A DNA stretch of 53,631 nt, from NCBI GenBank assembly GCA_031273495.1, contig JAISRT010000041.1:1-53631 (forward strand), in the 5' to 3' direction. The stretch's first letter is position 1. The number at the start of each line of letters is the position of its first letter. Positions 43,498 to 53,322 of the stretch are shown here, piece by piece. The position numbers and the translations under genes were made by a program. The stretch comes from Candidatus Ancillula kalotermitis. GTDB taxonomy: Bacteria; Actinomycetota; Actinomycetes; Actinomycetales; Bifidobacteriaceae. The notes below the pieces were generated by a model. It did not search any database, was not told where the DNA came from, and worked only from the letters and a program-made list of their open reading frames with translations.

Positions 43498-46134
43498 ATG
43501 ACTGATAATAAAAACTTTGAAGCCGTAAACTCGGCGTTTGATGCTGTTTGTCCTGGTGCCTCAGGGGCCACTGAAGAGTCGATGCAGACCTTCATCACAC
43601 TGTTCAATAATGAACTTAACTACGGGCAGGGGCTTAGCCTGAAACGCGCGTCAAGTTATGACATACATCTTGCGCTCTCCAAAACTGTGCGGAACTATAT
43701 GGCGAAGAGGTGGAACGCGACCAACGAAGATATGACCCCTACTGCACTCGGTGGCGAACCCAAGGGTGACACACGTGTCGTGGCCTATTTGTCTGCGGAG
43801 TATTTGCTCGGAAGTCAGTTGCAGAACGCTATTTTAACTACAGGGCTTGAAGAGACAATTCGCGCGTCGTTCAAGCGCATTAGTGAGAACACTGGGATTG
43901 AGTTGAACTATGAGGACATTGTTGCACAAGAAGTTGAGCCAGGTCTAGGAAACGGCGGGTTGGGGCGGCTTGCGGCATGTTTCATTGACTCACTAGCAAC
44001 ATTGAGCATCCCAGCATTTGGGTATGGAATACGCTATGAATACGGCATTTTCCGTCAAGCGTTCGAGAACGGCGGACAGGTAGAGTATCCTGACAACTGG
44101 CTTGAGTTCGGGGACCCGTGGGAAGTCACACATCCCGAGAAATATCAGCTCGTAGGGTTCGGTGGGCATGTTGAGAATTATGTTGACCATGACGGGCGTA
44201 ACAGGAAGAAGTGGGTGCCGAATTGGAAAGTTATGGCAATTCCGAACGACTGGATGGTGCCAGGATATAAAACTGCGAACGTCAACACACTGCGACTTTG
44301 GAGTGCCCGCGCAACGCAGACTTTCATACTGAGCAAATTCAATGTGGGTGATTATATTGATGCGGCTTCCGAGCAGGTGCGTGCCGAGAATATCAGTAAA
44401 GTGCTCTACCCCGAGGACTCGACGCTTCAAGGTAAAGAACTTCGCCTACAACAGCAGTATTTCTTCGTCGCAGCGTCAATTAAGGACCTCTTGCAAAATC
44501 GGTTCGGGCGTGTTGAGGTCACTGACGAGAACCCGTCTGGGATACCTTGGGACGCAGATTTGAGCAGGATTCCAGAGTTAATATGCTTCCAACTAAATGA
44601 TACGCACCCCGTAATCGGCATCCCCGAGTTGTTGCGTATACTGATTGACGAACGCGGCTGGGAGTTTGAGCCAGCGTGGGACATCGTTAAGCGGACGTTC
44701 AACTACACTTGTCATACTCTACTGCCAGAAGCGTTAGAGGTTTGGCCTGCGGACTTGCTGGGGTCTATACTGCCACGTCACCTCGAGCTGATCAAGCAGA
44801 TTAATGACGTTTGGCTAAGCGAAGTGCGTGCACAGTCTAAGGTGGAGAATCCTCGAATTACACCTGCCCAGGCGGAAAATATGTCGATTATCGCAGGTGG
44901 GTCTTATTCAGGGAGTGAAGCTGTCCAGATGGCGTATCTTGCTACAGTCGGCAGCACTAGAGTTAATGGTGTGGCTGAACTACACTCACAGTTACTCAAA
45001 GATGAGACGCTCAAGAACTTCAGTGATTACACACCCGACAAGTTCACTAATGTCACCAACGGTGTCACCCCGCGCCGCTTTATACGCCTCGCGGACCCGA
45101 AGCTCTGCAAGTTAATTAACGACCTACTGGGACATGGCTGGATAAACAACCTCGACCGCCTGAAAGAACTTGAACAGTTTGTGAACGACGACTCAGTGCT
45201 TGACCGCCTACTCGAAGTGAAACAGTTCAACAAGGTGCGCCTTGCGTCTCTGCTGCAGGCCCGTGACGGCATCAACCTCAATGTGGACACTATGTTTGAT
45301 GTTATGGTGAAGAGACTGCACGAATATAAGCGCCAGACCCTCAAAATACTACATATTATCGCGCTCTACGCTAAAGTTAAGAATGGGACACTCAATCCAG
45401 AGGACATCCAGCACAGAACCGTGATTTTCGGCGCGAAGGCAGCACCTGGTTACCGTATGGCGAAGGAAATCATTAAGCTAATCAATGCGGTCGGTGAAAA
45501 AGTGCGCATTTGCCCTGAGTTGCAGGGTAGACTCGACGTGCAGTTCCCCGCGAACTATAATGTGACTCTTGCGCAGACGTTGATTCCTGCAGCCAACCTA
45601 TCCGAGCAGATTAGTCTTGCCGGGAAGGAAGCGTCTGGAACAGGCAATATGAAGTTTATGCACACGGGTGCCTTGACTTGCGGGACTTTAGACGGCGCAA
45701 ATGTTGAGATGCACGAGCGTGCGGGTGATGAGAACTTCTACCTCTTCGGAATGAAAGTTCCTGACGTTGAAGAGTTGTTGCAGCGTGGGTATTCGCCGTA
45801 TTCGTTCTATGAGCAGAACCAGGATTTACGCGACGCCATCGACTTGATAAGCAGCGGTGAGTTTAGTGATGGGGATGGGTCAACCTTCTCGAATTTAGTC
45901 CACGACTTGTTGAACAATGACCGCTTTATGGTGCTCGCTGATTTCGATGCCTATATGCAGATTCAGAACACTATTGAGAATGACTACAAGAATCCGAGGC
46001 TTTGGGCGAAGAAGAGCTTGATGAACATTGCGAACTCGGGATACTTCTCGTCTGACCGATCAATTCAAGACTACCTTGACAGAATCTGGCACTCTAGCCC
46101 GCTGAAAGTGAACGTTTCAGGGCCGTATAACTAG
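43498..46134 (+). CDS. glgP: Alpha-glucan (glycogen/maltodextrin) phosphorylase, GT35
   Basis: 878 aa with the pyridoxal-phosphate site EASGTGNMKFM and GLGNGGLGRLAACF. ATG lies 6 nt after a TGCTATACT embedded in the cmk 3' end. Confidence 0.9.
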   Translation: MTDNKNFEAVNSAFDAVCPGASGATEESMQTFITLFNNELNYGQGLSLKRASSYDIHLALSKTVRNYMAKRWNATNEDMTPTALGGEPKGDTRVVAYLSAEYLLGSQLQNAILTTGLEETIRASFKRISENTGIELNYEDIVAQEVEPGLGNGGLGRLAACFIDSLATLSIPAFGYGIRYEYGIFRQAFENGGQVEYPDNWLEFGDPWEVTHPEKYQLVGFGGHVENYVDHDGRNRKKWVPNWKVMAIPNDWMVPGYKTANVNTLRLWSARATQTFILSKFNVGDYIDAASEQVRAENISKVLYPEDSTLQGKELRLQQQYFFVAASIKDLLQNRFGRVEVTDENPSGIPWDADLSRIPELICFQLNDTHPVIGIPELLRILIDERGWEFEPAWDIVKRTFNYTCHTLLPEALEVWPADLLGSILPRHLELIKQINDVWLSEVRAQSKVENPRITPAQAENMSIIAGGSYSGSEAVQMAYLATVGSTRVNGVAELHSQLLKDETLKNFSDYTPDKFTNVTNGVTPRRFIRLADPKLCKLINDLLGHGWINNLDRLKELEQFVNDDSVLDRLLEVKQFNKVRLASLLQARDGINLNVDTMFDVMVKRLHEYKRQTLKILHIIALYAKVKNGTLNPEDIQHRTVIFGAKAAPGYRMAKEIIKLINAVGEKVRICPELQGRLDVQFPANYNVTLAQTLIPAANLSEQISLAGKEASGTGNMKFMHTGALTCGTLDGANVEMHERAGDENFYLFGMKVPDVEELLQRGYSPYSFYEQNQDLRDAIDLISSGEFSDGDGSTFSNLVHDLLNNDRFMVLADFDAYMQIQNTIENDYKNPRLWAKKSLMNIANSGYFSSDRSIQDYLDRIWHSSPLKVNVSGPYN

Positions 46135-46135
46135 T

Positions 46136-47347
46136 ATGGATCTCTATGAGTTTCAGGCTCGGCGTCTTCTCAAAGCGGAAGGCATTAACCTGTCTGATGC
46201 AGCGCTAGTGAAGGACCTCAAAGGGCTCGAGGACATCAGTATTGAGCTACCAGTAGTTGTCAAAGCGCAGGTGCAGGTTGGTGGTAGAGGCAAAGCGGGG
46301 GGCGTGAAATTAGTCAGTGCTGCAAATAGGTTCAAGTCTACGGTAAAGAGCATTCTCGGTAAGAACATCGGGGGACATTTGGTTGAGTCTGTGCTTATAG
46401 TGCCCGCGCGCGATATTGTGCAAGAGTTATACGTGTCGATAGGGTTTGACCGCAGTGCCCACGAATACTTCATAATGGCAAGCGTAGACGGGGGCGTAGA
46501 CATTGAGGAGACTGCAAAATTGAGCCCAGACGCGATTAAAAGGCATTATTTTAGTGCAGTTGACGGTCTAGAACTCGATGATGTAAAAACGTTTTGTGGC
46601 AGTTTGCTTGATGAGTGTGAATTTGTGCAAGATCTGGACAAAAAACAGCGGTCACTTATTATGAAGAACTTTAGTACTACCGTTTACAACATTTGGCAGA
46701 CCTACCGAAAATATGATGCAACGCTAGTCGAGGTCAATCCACTCGCGATAGTTAGGGCTGGTGATGCTGCCCTAGAAATTGAGGCGCTGGACGCGAAAGT
46801 CAGCTTGGATGACAATAGCAGGTTCCGCCAACTTGAACTGTTTGAGCAACTTGAATCGGAGACTGAGTTCTCTTCAAATCATAATGCGCTTGAGAAGAAG
46901 GCTAAAAACCTCGACATTAATTATGTGCACTTAGGTGGCGAAGTTGGCATTATCGGAAATGGGGCAGGGCTGGTAATGTCCACTGTTGACATTGTTGCGC
47001 TTTCCGGGGAGACGCTTGAAGCCAAGCCAGCAAACTTCCTAGACGTGGGTGGTGGCGCTAACACTGCGAAGATGCAACAGTCGATTGAAATAATACTTGC
47101 CGACGAGAACGTGAAGTCTATTTTTGTTAACATTTTCGGTGGGTTGACGCAGTGCGATCTTGTTGCACACGGCTTACTCGATGCCACTTCAGACGTCGAG
47201 ATTCCAGTGGTAGTGAGGTTTGACGGCAACGAAAAGGAATCAGGGCTCAAAATACTTCAAGAGTCTAACCGCAGCAACATTTTTACCGCGGACAACCAGG
47301 AAGAAGGGGCACTGCTTGCTTGCAAAATGGCGAAGGAGGCAGTTTGA
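46136..47347 (+). CDS. sucC: Succinate-CoA ligase beta subunit
   Basis: MDLYEFQARRLLKAEGI with an ATP-grasp N-terminus and a GGGA region. Starts 1 nt after the glgP stop. Confidence 0.9.
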   Translation: MDLYEFQARRLLKAEGINLSDAALVKDLKGLEDISIELPVVVKAQVQVGGRGKAGGVKLVSAANRFKSTVKSILGKNIGGHLVESVLIVPARDIVQELYVSIGFDRSAHEYFIMASVDGGVDIEETAKLSPDAIKRHYFSAVDGLELDDVKTFCGSLLDECEFVQDLDKKQRSLIMKNFSTTVYNIWQTYRKYDATLVEVNPLAIVRAGDAALEIEALDAKVSLDDNSRFRQLELFEQLESETEFSSNHNALEKKAKNLDINYVHLGGEVGIIGNGAGLVMSTVDIVALSGETLEAKPANFLDVGGGANTAKMQQSIEIILADENVKSIFVNIFGGLTQCDLVAHGLLDATSDVEIPVVVRFDGNEKESGLKILQESNRSNIFTADNQEEGALLACKMAKEAV

Positions 47348-48273
47348 GTATTCTAGTTAATGACGAGACGCGCATAATTGTTCAGGGGATCACTGGTGCA
47401 GAGGGGTGGCGACACACTGTTCGAATGCTGAACGCTGGAAGTAGTGTTGTGGGTGGGACAAACCCGAAGAAAGCCGGTGAAGTTTTGACCGCAAAATTAG
47501 ATGCTGGTGGGTCAGTCAAACTGCCAGTTTTTGCCACAGTTCAAGAAGCGAAGGACACCCTAAACGCGAACTGTTCAGTAGTTTTCGTACCGCCTAGATT
47601 CGCTAAAGCTGCAATAGTTGAGTCTGTTGAGGCGAATATTGAGCTGATAGTTGTCATTACTGAAGGCATACCGCTTCAAGACTCCGCCTACTGCGTGGAC
47701 TTGGCGAAACGAAAGCGCGAAGAGGGTGTGAGCGTCCGTATTCTGGGACCGAACTGCCCTGGACTGGTGACACCTCCTACTGACACTTCCCCCGGCTCGA
47801 ATGTCGGCATTATACCTGATAGCATCACTCGTCAAGGTCCAGTGGGGCTCGTTTCCAAATCGGGGACACTGACCTATCAGATGCTCTCCGATCTCAGTGA
47901 TGTTGGTTTTAGCACAGGTGTTGGAATTGGCGGTGACCCCGCAGTGGGCACCTCTCAGATTGAGTGTCTAGAACTGTTTGAAGAGGACCCAGACACGAAG
48001 TTGATTGTGATGATCGGTGAAATTGGGGGAGACGCGGAAGAGTTGGCAGCTGAGTATATTAAGCAGCATGTGTCAAAGCCTGTCGTGGCATATATAGCGG
48101 GGTTCGAGGCACCTGTCGGCAAGGCTATGGGGCATGCGGGCGCAATAGTTTCAGGGAGTTCAGGCACTGCGCAGTCGAAAAAGACTGCCCTGGAGTCGGT
48201 CGGTGTCAAGGTGGGTGAGACACCCACGCAAACTGCTGCAATCGTTCGCTCAGTGCTCAAAAGTTTAGTGTAG
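47344..48273 (+). CDS. sucD: Succinate-CoA ligase alpha subunit
   Basis: (M)SILVNDETRIIVQGITG, SKSGTLTYQ and GHAGAIV. TTG 47344 is preceded by GAAGGAGG. The tracked ORF start (47320) lies upstream of that SD. Confidence 0.9.
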   Translation: MSILVNDETRIIVQGITGAEGWRHTVRMLNAGSSVVGGTNPKKAGEVLTAKLDAGGSVKLPVFATVQEAKDTLNANCSVVFVPPRFAKAAIVESVEANIELIVVITEGIPLQDSAYCVDLAKRKREEGVSVRILGPNCPGLVTPPTDTSPGSNVGIIPDSITRQGPVGLVSKSGTLTYQMLSDLSDVGFSTGVGIGGDPAVGTSQIECLELFEEDPDTKLIVMIGEIGGDAEELAAEYIKQHVSKPVVAYIAGFEAPVGKAMGHAGAIVSGSSGTAQSKKTALESVGVKVGETPTQTAAIVRSVLKSLV

Positions 48274-48314
48274 TAGTTTTGTCGGTGTGTCAATTTAACT
48301 TTTTGGACTGACTG

Positions 48315-48323
48315 TGCTACAAT
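48315..48323 (+). promoter_or_regulatory. Extended -10 box TGCTACAAT for the rpsH-secY operon (leadered)
   Basis: A ~73-nt leader with GAAAGG SD precedes ATG 48403. Confidence 0.65.
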
Positions 48324-48402
48324 GTCGTTAGTATCATACGGTGCCTCAATTCTTGCGTATAGCGCGTCAAGATGAAGCATACCGTGGTAAGAAAGGTAAA
48401 AT

Positions 48403-48801
48403 ATGACAATGACTGATCCAGTTGCGGATTTGCTAACGCGGATTCGTAATGCACAGGGCGCACACCATGCGTCAGTAGATGTGCCTCATTCAAAGTTCAA
48501 AGAGAATATCGTGAGGATTCTCAAGAGTGAGGGCTATATTAAGGACTACTCAGTTGCTCCTGCACGCGTCGGCAAAACTCTTACAGTTGAGCTGAAATTT
48601 GACGCGAACCGTAAGGGTGCAATTGAAGGTATTAAGCGCATTTCTAAGCCAGGGCTGCGTAACTATGCGGGTAAGGATAATCTTCCGCAAGTTCTCGGTG
48701 GTCTAGGGATCGCTATTCTGTCAACTAGTTCTGGTCTGATGACTGACAAGGATGCAAATACGAAAGGCGTCGGCGGAGAAATCGTCGCGTATGTATGGTA
48801 G
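48403..48801 (+). CDS. rpsH: 30S ribosomal protein S8
   Basis: [17 protein letters not shown]..., 132 aa. SD GAAAGG. Confidence 0.95.
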   Translation: MTMTDPVADLLTRIRNAQGAHHASVDVPHSKFKENIVRILKSEGYIKDYSVAPARVGKTLTVELKFDANRKGAIEGIKRISKPGLRNYAGKDNLPQVLGGLGIAILSTSSGLMTDKDANTKGVGGEIVAYVW

Positions 48802-48809
48802 GGGGAATA

Positions 48810-49370
48810 ATGGTTGTTAAAGTAGATAAACGTTCAAGAATTGGTAAAGTTCCCGTCGCTGTGCCTGCTGGTGTGGAGATTAGTTTCACTGCACCTCTGC
48901 TTAAAGTGAAGGGTGCAAAAGGCGAGTTGTCATTAACAATTCCGGAGCCTGTAGAGCTTAAAATTGCTGAGACAGAGATTGATGTTGTAGTTCCTAATGC
49001 TGAGCGCATTTCACTTTCAATGCACGGTCTAACACGCACACTAATATATAATATGGTGGAAGGTGTTACTAATGGCTATGAGAAGAAGATGGAAATCGTG
49101 GGCACTGGTTATCGTGTTACTGCAAAGGGTGACAAGTCGATGGAATTTGCACTCGGTAAGTCGCATACTGACACTGTCGATGCTCCAGAGGGTATCACGT
49201 TTAATGTTGAAGACCAGAACCACTTCTCAGTGATCGGGATTGACAAACAGCAGGTGGGCGAAGTGGCGGCGAACATCCGCAAACTGCGCAAACCAGAGCC
49301 ATACAAAGGAAAAGGTATTAAATATGTCGGCGAGCACATTCGTCGCAAAGTAGGAAAGGCAGGTAAATAA
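48810..49370 (+). CDS. rplF: 50S ribosomal protein L6
   Basis: [16 protein letters not shown] motif. ATG 48810 is preceded by GGGGG. The tracked ORF begins 15 nt earlier, overlapping rpsH. Confidence 0.9.
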   Translation: MVVKVDKRSRIGKVPVAVPAGVEISFTAPLLKVKGAKGELSLTIPEPVELKIAETEIDVVVPNAERISLSMHGLTRTLIYNMVEGVTNGYEKKMEIVGTGYRVTAKGDKSMEFALGKSHTDTVDAPEGITFNVEDQNHFSVIGIDKQQVGEVAANIRKLRKPEPYKGKGIKYVGEHIRRKVGKAGK

Positions 49371-49371
49371 T

Positions 49372-49746
49372 ATGCCAGTTAAAGTATTAGGAAAAGGCAC
49401 TGCGAAGGCTAAACTACGGCGTCACCTTCGGTTGCGCAAGAAGATTTCTGGGAGCACTGAGCGCCCACGTCTAGTCGTCACTCGCACTTTACGCCATATT
49501 ACAGCGCAAGTGGTTGATGACTCTAAAGGGGCAACTCTGGCTAGCGCGTCAACTGTAGCAAAAGCGGACAAGACGGCGAAGTCGGGTAATAAGACTGAAC
49601 AGGCTAAGGCAATCGGTCTGCTTGTTGCACAAAAGGCACAAAAGGCTGGAGTTAAAGAAGTGGTTTTTGACCGCGGTGGAAATAAATATCATGGACGTGT
49701 TGCAGCACTTGCTGATGGCGCGAGAGAAGGAGGGCTAAAACTATAA
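49372..49746 (+). CDS. rplR: 50S ribosomal protein L18
   Basis: 124 aa with [18 protein letters not shown] and [24 protein letters not shown]. Confidence 0.95.
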   Translation: MPVKVLGKGTAKAKLRRHLRLRKKISGSTERPRLVVTRTLRHITAQVVDDSKGATLASASTVAKADKTAKSGNKTEQAKAIGLLVAQKAQKAGVKEVVFDRGGNKYHGRVAALADGAREGGLKL

Positions 49747-50324
49747 TGGCTATTTTATTTGAAGATGAGACCCCCGAGTATATTGAGCGTCAAGTTATTG
49801 TTCGCCGTGTTGCTAAGACTACTAAGGGCGGCCGCACTATGTCATTTGCGACGCTAATTGTCGTTGGTGATGGTAAAGGTAAAGTCGGAGTTGGATACGC
49901 TAAGGCACGTGAAATCCCTCAGGCTGCGGACAAGGCACGTGAAATCGCGAAGAAGGCTATGTTCGAAGTTCCTCACATTCAGGGCACAATACCACATCCA
50001 GTTCAGGGTGAAAAAGCTGCTGGGATAGTATTTATGCGTCCTGCGTCGCCAGGTACAGGAGTTATCGCTGGTGGTCCAGTCCGTGCAGTTCTAGAGTGCG
50101 CTGGTTATTCTGATGTGTTAACGAAGTCTTTGGGCTCGTCAAATGCAATCAATATTGTCAACGCGACAGTTGCAGCATTGAAGAAGTTAGAGAAACCTGA
50201 AAACGTGGCGCTACGTCGCGGGCTCCCTCTTGAACATGTTGCACCAGCGCGTCTATTGAGGAGCGAAGCTGAAGGCGAAGCTCAAGAAGCTGCAGAAGAA
50301 GCAAGAAAGAAGGAGGCTAACTAA
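49746..50324 (+). CDS. rpsE: 30S ribosomal protein S5
   Basis: 192 aa with [25 protein letters not shown] and an acidic/basic C-terminal tail. Confidence 0.95.
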   Translation: MAILFEDETPEYIERQVIVRRVAKTTKGGRTMSFATLIVVGDGKGKVGVGYAKAREIPQAADKAREIAKKAMFEVPHIQGTIPHPVQGEKAAGIVFMRPASPGTGVIAGGPVRAVLECAGYSDVLTKSLGSSNAINIVNATVAALKKLEKPENVALRRGLPLEHVAPARLLRSEAEGEAQEAAEEARKKEAN

Positions 50325-50325
50325 T

Positions 50326-50505
50326 ATGGCTACACTAACGATTAAGCAAGTAAAATCAGGCATCGGGCGCAAGGACAATCAAATTGAAACGTTACGCTCG
50401 CTCGGGCTGAAGAGAATCGGGCACACTGTGACTAAAGAGGATCGCCCAGAGTTCCGCGGTATGATTAACACTGTGAGTCATCTCGTTGAGGTCACTGAGA
50501 AGTAG
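50326..50505 (+). CDS. rpmD: 50S ribosomal protein L30
   Basis: 59-codon ORF below the track threshold, translated by hand: [59 protein letters not shown]. In the expected position between rpsE and rplO. Confidence 0.9.
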   Translation: MATLTIKQVKSGIGRKDNQIETLRSLGLKRIGHTVTKEDRPEFRGMINTVSHLVEVTEK

Positions 50506-50538
50506 TAGAAAAGTTATCTATAGGTAAAGGAGAAAGAA

Positions 50539-51291
50539 ATGGCAGAAGCAAAAGATACAACTAAAAAAGCGAGTGCTACAGTGAAAAAGACTGCAAGTGC
50601 GTCAAAATCTGCATCAACTGCGAAGAAAGCGCCAGCTAAAACCGAGGCAAAGAAGGCACCGGCGAAAGTGGCTGCTAAGAAACCAGTGGCTGCAAGTGCT
50701 AACAAGACGGGTAAGGTTAAGTCCGAGTCCACTAAGAAGGCGGCACAAGAGTCTGCAGGTGGGTTGCTCAAATTACACCACTTAAAGCCGGCGGAGGGCG
50801 CACACAAGAGCAAGACTCGTGTTGGGCGTGGTGAAGCTAGTAAGGGTAAGACTGCGGGGCGTGGTACTAAAGGAACTAAGGCGCGTTATCAAGTGCATAT
50901 CGGTTTCGAGGGTGGCCAGATGCCAATGCATATGCGTCTGCCAAAACTTCGCGGTTTCAAGAACCCATTCCGTGTTGAGTTTCAAGTGGTAAACCTTAAC
51001 CGTCTCGAGAAGATTTTCCCCAAAGGTGGCAAGGTTACCGTTGAAGATTTAGTGCTTAAAGGGCTAGTCCGCGATATGTCGCCAGTAAAACTGCTTGGTG
51101 AGGGCGAGGTGACGCAGAAGTTCGAGATCACAGTTGACCGGGCGTCGAAGTCTGCTATCGCTGCTGTTGAAAAAGCTGGTGGCACTGTGACAATGACTGG
51201 TAAGACTAAGGATGAGATTAAGGCCGAGAACAAGGCTGACCATGAGACTAAGACTAAGGCGGCTGCAAAAGTAAGGAACGCTCGTTCTTAA
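50539..51291 (+). CDS. rplO: 50S ribosomal protein L15 with a ~75-aa Lys/Ala-rich N-terminal extension
   Basis: The L15 core starts at [23 protein letters not shown] (codon 76). The upstream 75 codons are in frame, K/A/T/S-rich and preceded by AAGGAG 6 nt before ATG 50539. Confidence 0.85.
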   Translation: MAEAKDTTKKASATVKKTASASKSASTAKKAPAKTEAKKAPAKVAAKKPVAASANKTGKVKSESTKKAAQESAGGLLKLHHLKPAEGAHKSKTRVGRGEASKGKTAGRGTKGTKARYQVHIGFEGGQMPMHMRLPKLRGFKNPFRVEFQVVNLNRLEKIFPKGGKVTVEDLVLKGLVRDMSPVKLLGEGEVTQKFEITVDRASKSAIAAVEKAGGTVTMTGKTKDEIKAENKADHETKTKAAAKVRNARS

Positions 51292-51319
51292 CTAGGCGGC
51301 AGGAAAAGGAAGGTATAGT

Positions 51320-52627
51320 ATGCTAAAAGGATTCTTCAACGCGTTTAAGACACCAGATCTTCGCAAGAAGTTATTGTTCACTATTGGCATTATTGTTATC
51401 TTCCGCCTTGGCTCATTTATCCCGACGCCTGGTGTTAACTACTCTGCAGTAAAGGAGTGCACCGCTGGTGATGTTAATGACGGCTTAATGGGCATGATTA
51501 ACTTGTTCTCTGGCGGCGCGCTGTTGCAGTTGAGTGTTTTTGCGCTCGGAATTATGCCATACATCACTGCGTCGATCATTATACAGTTATTGCGCGTTGT
51601 GATTCCTAGGTTTGAAGCCTTGAATAAAGAAGGGCAGTCGGGCCAGGCAAAATTGACTCAATATACACGCTACGTCACCGTGGGGCTCGCGATTTTGCAG
51701 TCTACCACTATAATTACTACCGCCATTTCAGGGCAACTATTCGGCGGAAAAACGGGTGCTTGCGAGTCGGTCATCACGCACAAGGACAATATAATGACGC
51801 TCGTTATAATGATTATTGCCATGACTGCGGGGACCTCTCTTATCATGTGGTTTGGTGAGCTTATTACTGAGAACGGTGTAGGAAACGGTATGTCCATTTT
51901 GATATTCTCGTCAATCTGCGCTAACTTCCTGCCTAACCTCTGGTCAATCGGACAGACTAATATTATGAAGTTTGTCATGGTTGTAGCGATTGTTATTCTT
52001 ATCATCACGATTGTTACATTTGTGGAGAACTCTCAGCGACGGATTCCTGTGCAGTATGCGCGTCGTCAAGTTGGGTCGCAAACACTAGGCGGGCAGTCAA
52101 CTTATTTGCCGATCAAGATTAACATGTCGGGTGTTATACCGATTATCTTTGCGTCCTCGATCCTCGCGGTTCCTGGACTTATTGCGCAGTTCGGAGACCC
52201 GAATTCGGAAGTTGTTCAATGGATTCAAACGCACGTTTCCCAGCAGCAAAGCCCAGTGCATATGACGCTATACGCTTTGCTTATCATCTTCTTCTGCTTC
52301 TTCTACACTTCAATCACATTTAATGTCGTCGAGGTGGCAGAAAATATGCGAAACCAGGGTGGGTTCGTCCCAGGAATACGCGCAGGTAAGCCGACTTCGA
52401 ACTATCTACGCTATATTCTACACCGTTTGAATACTGTTGGGTCAATCTACCTTGCACTCATCGCGCTAATACCGACTATTGTGTTCCTAGTTGCTGGTCT
52501 AAGTCAGAGCCTACCGTTCGGAGGCACCACTATTCTCATCATCGTCGGCGTCGGGTTGGACACGGTGAAGCAGATTAACTCTCAACTGCAGCAGCATCAC
52601 TACGACGGGTTCCTCGGGCAGAGATAG
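51320..52627 (+). CDS. secY: Preprotein translocase subunit SecY
   Basis: 435 aa, 10 TM segments, with LFSGGAL...SVFALGIMPYITASII. Confidence 0.95.
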   Translation: MLKGFFNAFKTPDLRKKLLFTIGIIVIFRLGSFIPTPGVNYSAVKECTAGDVNDGLMGMINLFSGGALLQLSVFALGIMPYITASIIIQLLRVVIPRFEALNKEGQSGQAKLTQYTRYVTVGLAILQSTTIITTAISGQLFGGKTGACESVITHKDNIMTLVIMIIAMTAGTSLIMWFGELITENGVGNGMSILIFSSICANFLPNLWSIGQTNIMKFVMVVAIVILIITIVTFVENSQRRIPVQYARRQVGSQTLGGQSTYLPIKINMSGVIPIIFASSILAVPGLIAQFGDPNSEVVQWIQTHVSQQQSPVHMTLYALLIIFFCFFYTSITFNVVEVAENMRNQGGFVPGIRAGKPTSNYLRYILHRLNTVGSIYLALIALIPTIVFLVAGLSQSLPFGGTTILIIVGVGLDTVKQINSQLQQHHYDGFLGQR

Positions 52628-52650
52628 CCCGCACACACCCCGCGACGCCG

Positions 52651-52860
52651 TGTCATCCACGCACGCACACTGCCCCCTCATGTCATCCTTGGGCTTGTCT
52701 GTCCCATGTCATCCCTCGGCATAAAGCCAAGGGCAGGCGCGGGCTTGACGTCCCATGTCATCCCTCGGCATAAAGCCAAGGGCAAGCGCGGGCTTGACGT
52801 CCCATGTCATCCCTCGGCATAAAGCCAAGGGCAGGCGCGGGCTTGTCCCGAGGATCCATA
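52651..52860. repeat. Repeat cluster F including a 49-bp tandem repeat x3 (52703-52849)
   Basis: CCCATGTCATCCCTCGGCATAAAGCCAAGGGCAGGCGCGGGCTTGACGT starts at 52703, 52752 and 52801. Directly follows the secY stop. Confidence 0.95.
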
Positions 52861-53174
52861 TTGGCGCGTTTGCCCCTCCGCGCCGCAACGTCTCCCGCGG
52901 CGGTTTATCGTCACGGTTCCGTTTTGCATTCTCTCTAAATTCGTAGCCTTTAACTCTAAGAAATTTTTCTATCAAAAAATGACGATTGCGCTCCTAAACT
53001 CGCGCTAAAGCACTCATTAAGGTGCTCGTGTATCTTTTTGACTTAACGAAACAATTTCTAAGAGTGAAAAGTCCACTTCATAAAAGAGAGAATACGCAAA
53101 TGTCACACCTCCTCAAAACCACCACGCTCGCCGTTGCTCCGCTAGGCGTCACGTTCCCGCGCACACACGCCCCC

Positions 53175-53318
53175 CATGTCATCCTTGGGCTTGTCCCGAG
53201 GATCCATCGCGCGCACTCCGCCATTGTGGACCCTCGGCATAAAGCCAAGGGTGACACTAGAGAGCGCGGGTGTGTTCAATAGATCCAGCGTAGCGTGGCA
53301 TAAAGCCAAGGGTGACAG
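53175..53318. repeat. Repeat cluster G
   Basis: Contains terminal hairpin ATCCTTGGG-CTTGT-CCCGAGGAT (53181-53203), two GGCATAAAGCCAAGGGTGACA modules and one CCAGCGTAGCGTGG module. Confidence 0.9.
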
Positions 53319-53322
53319 AATG

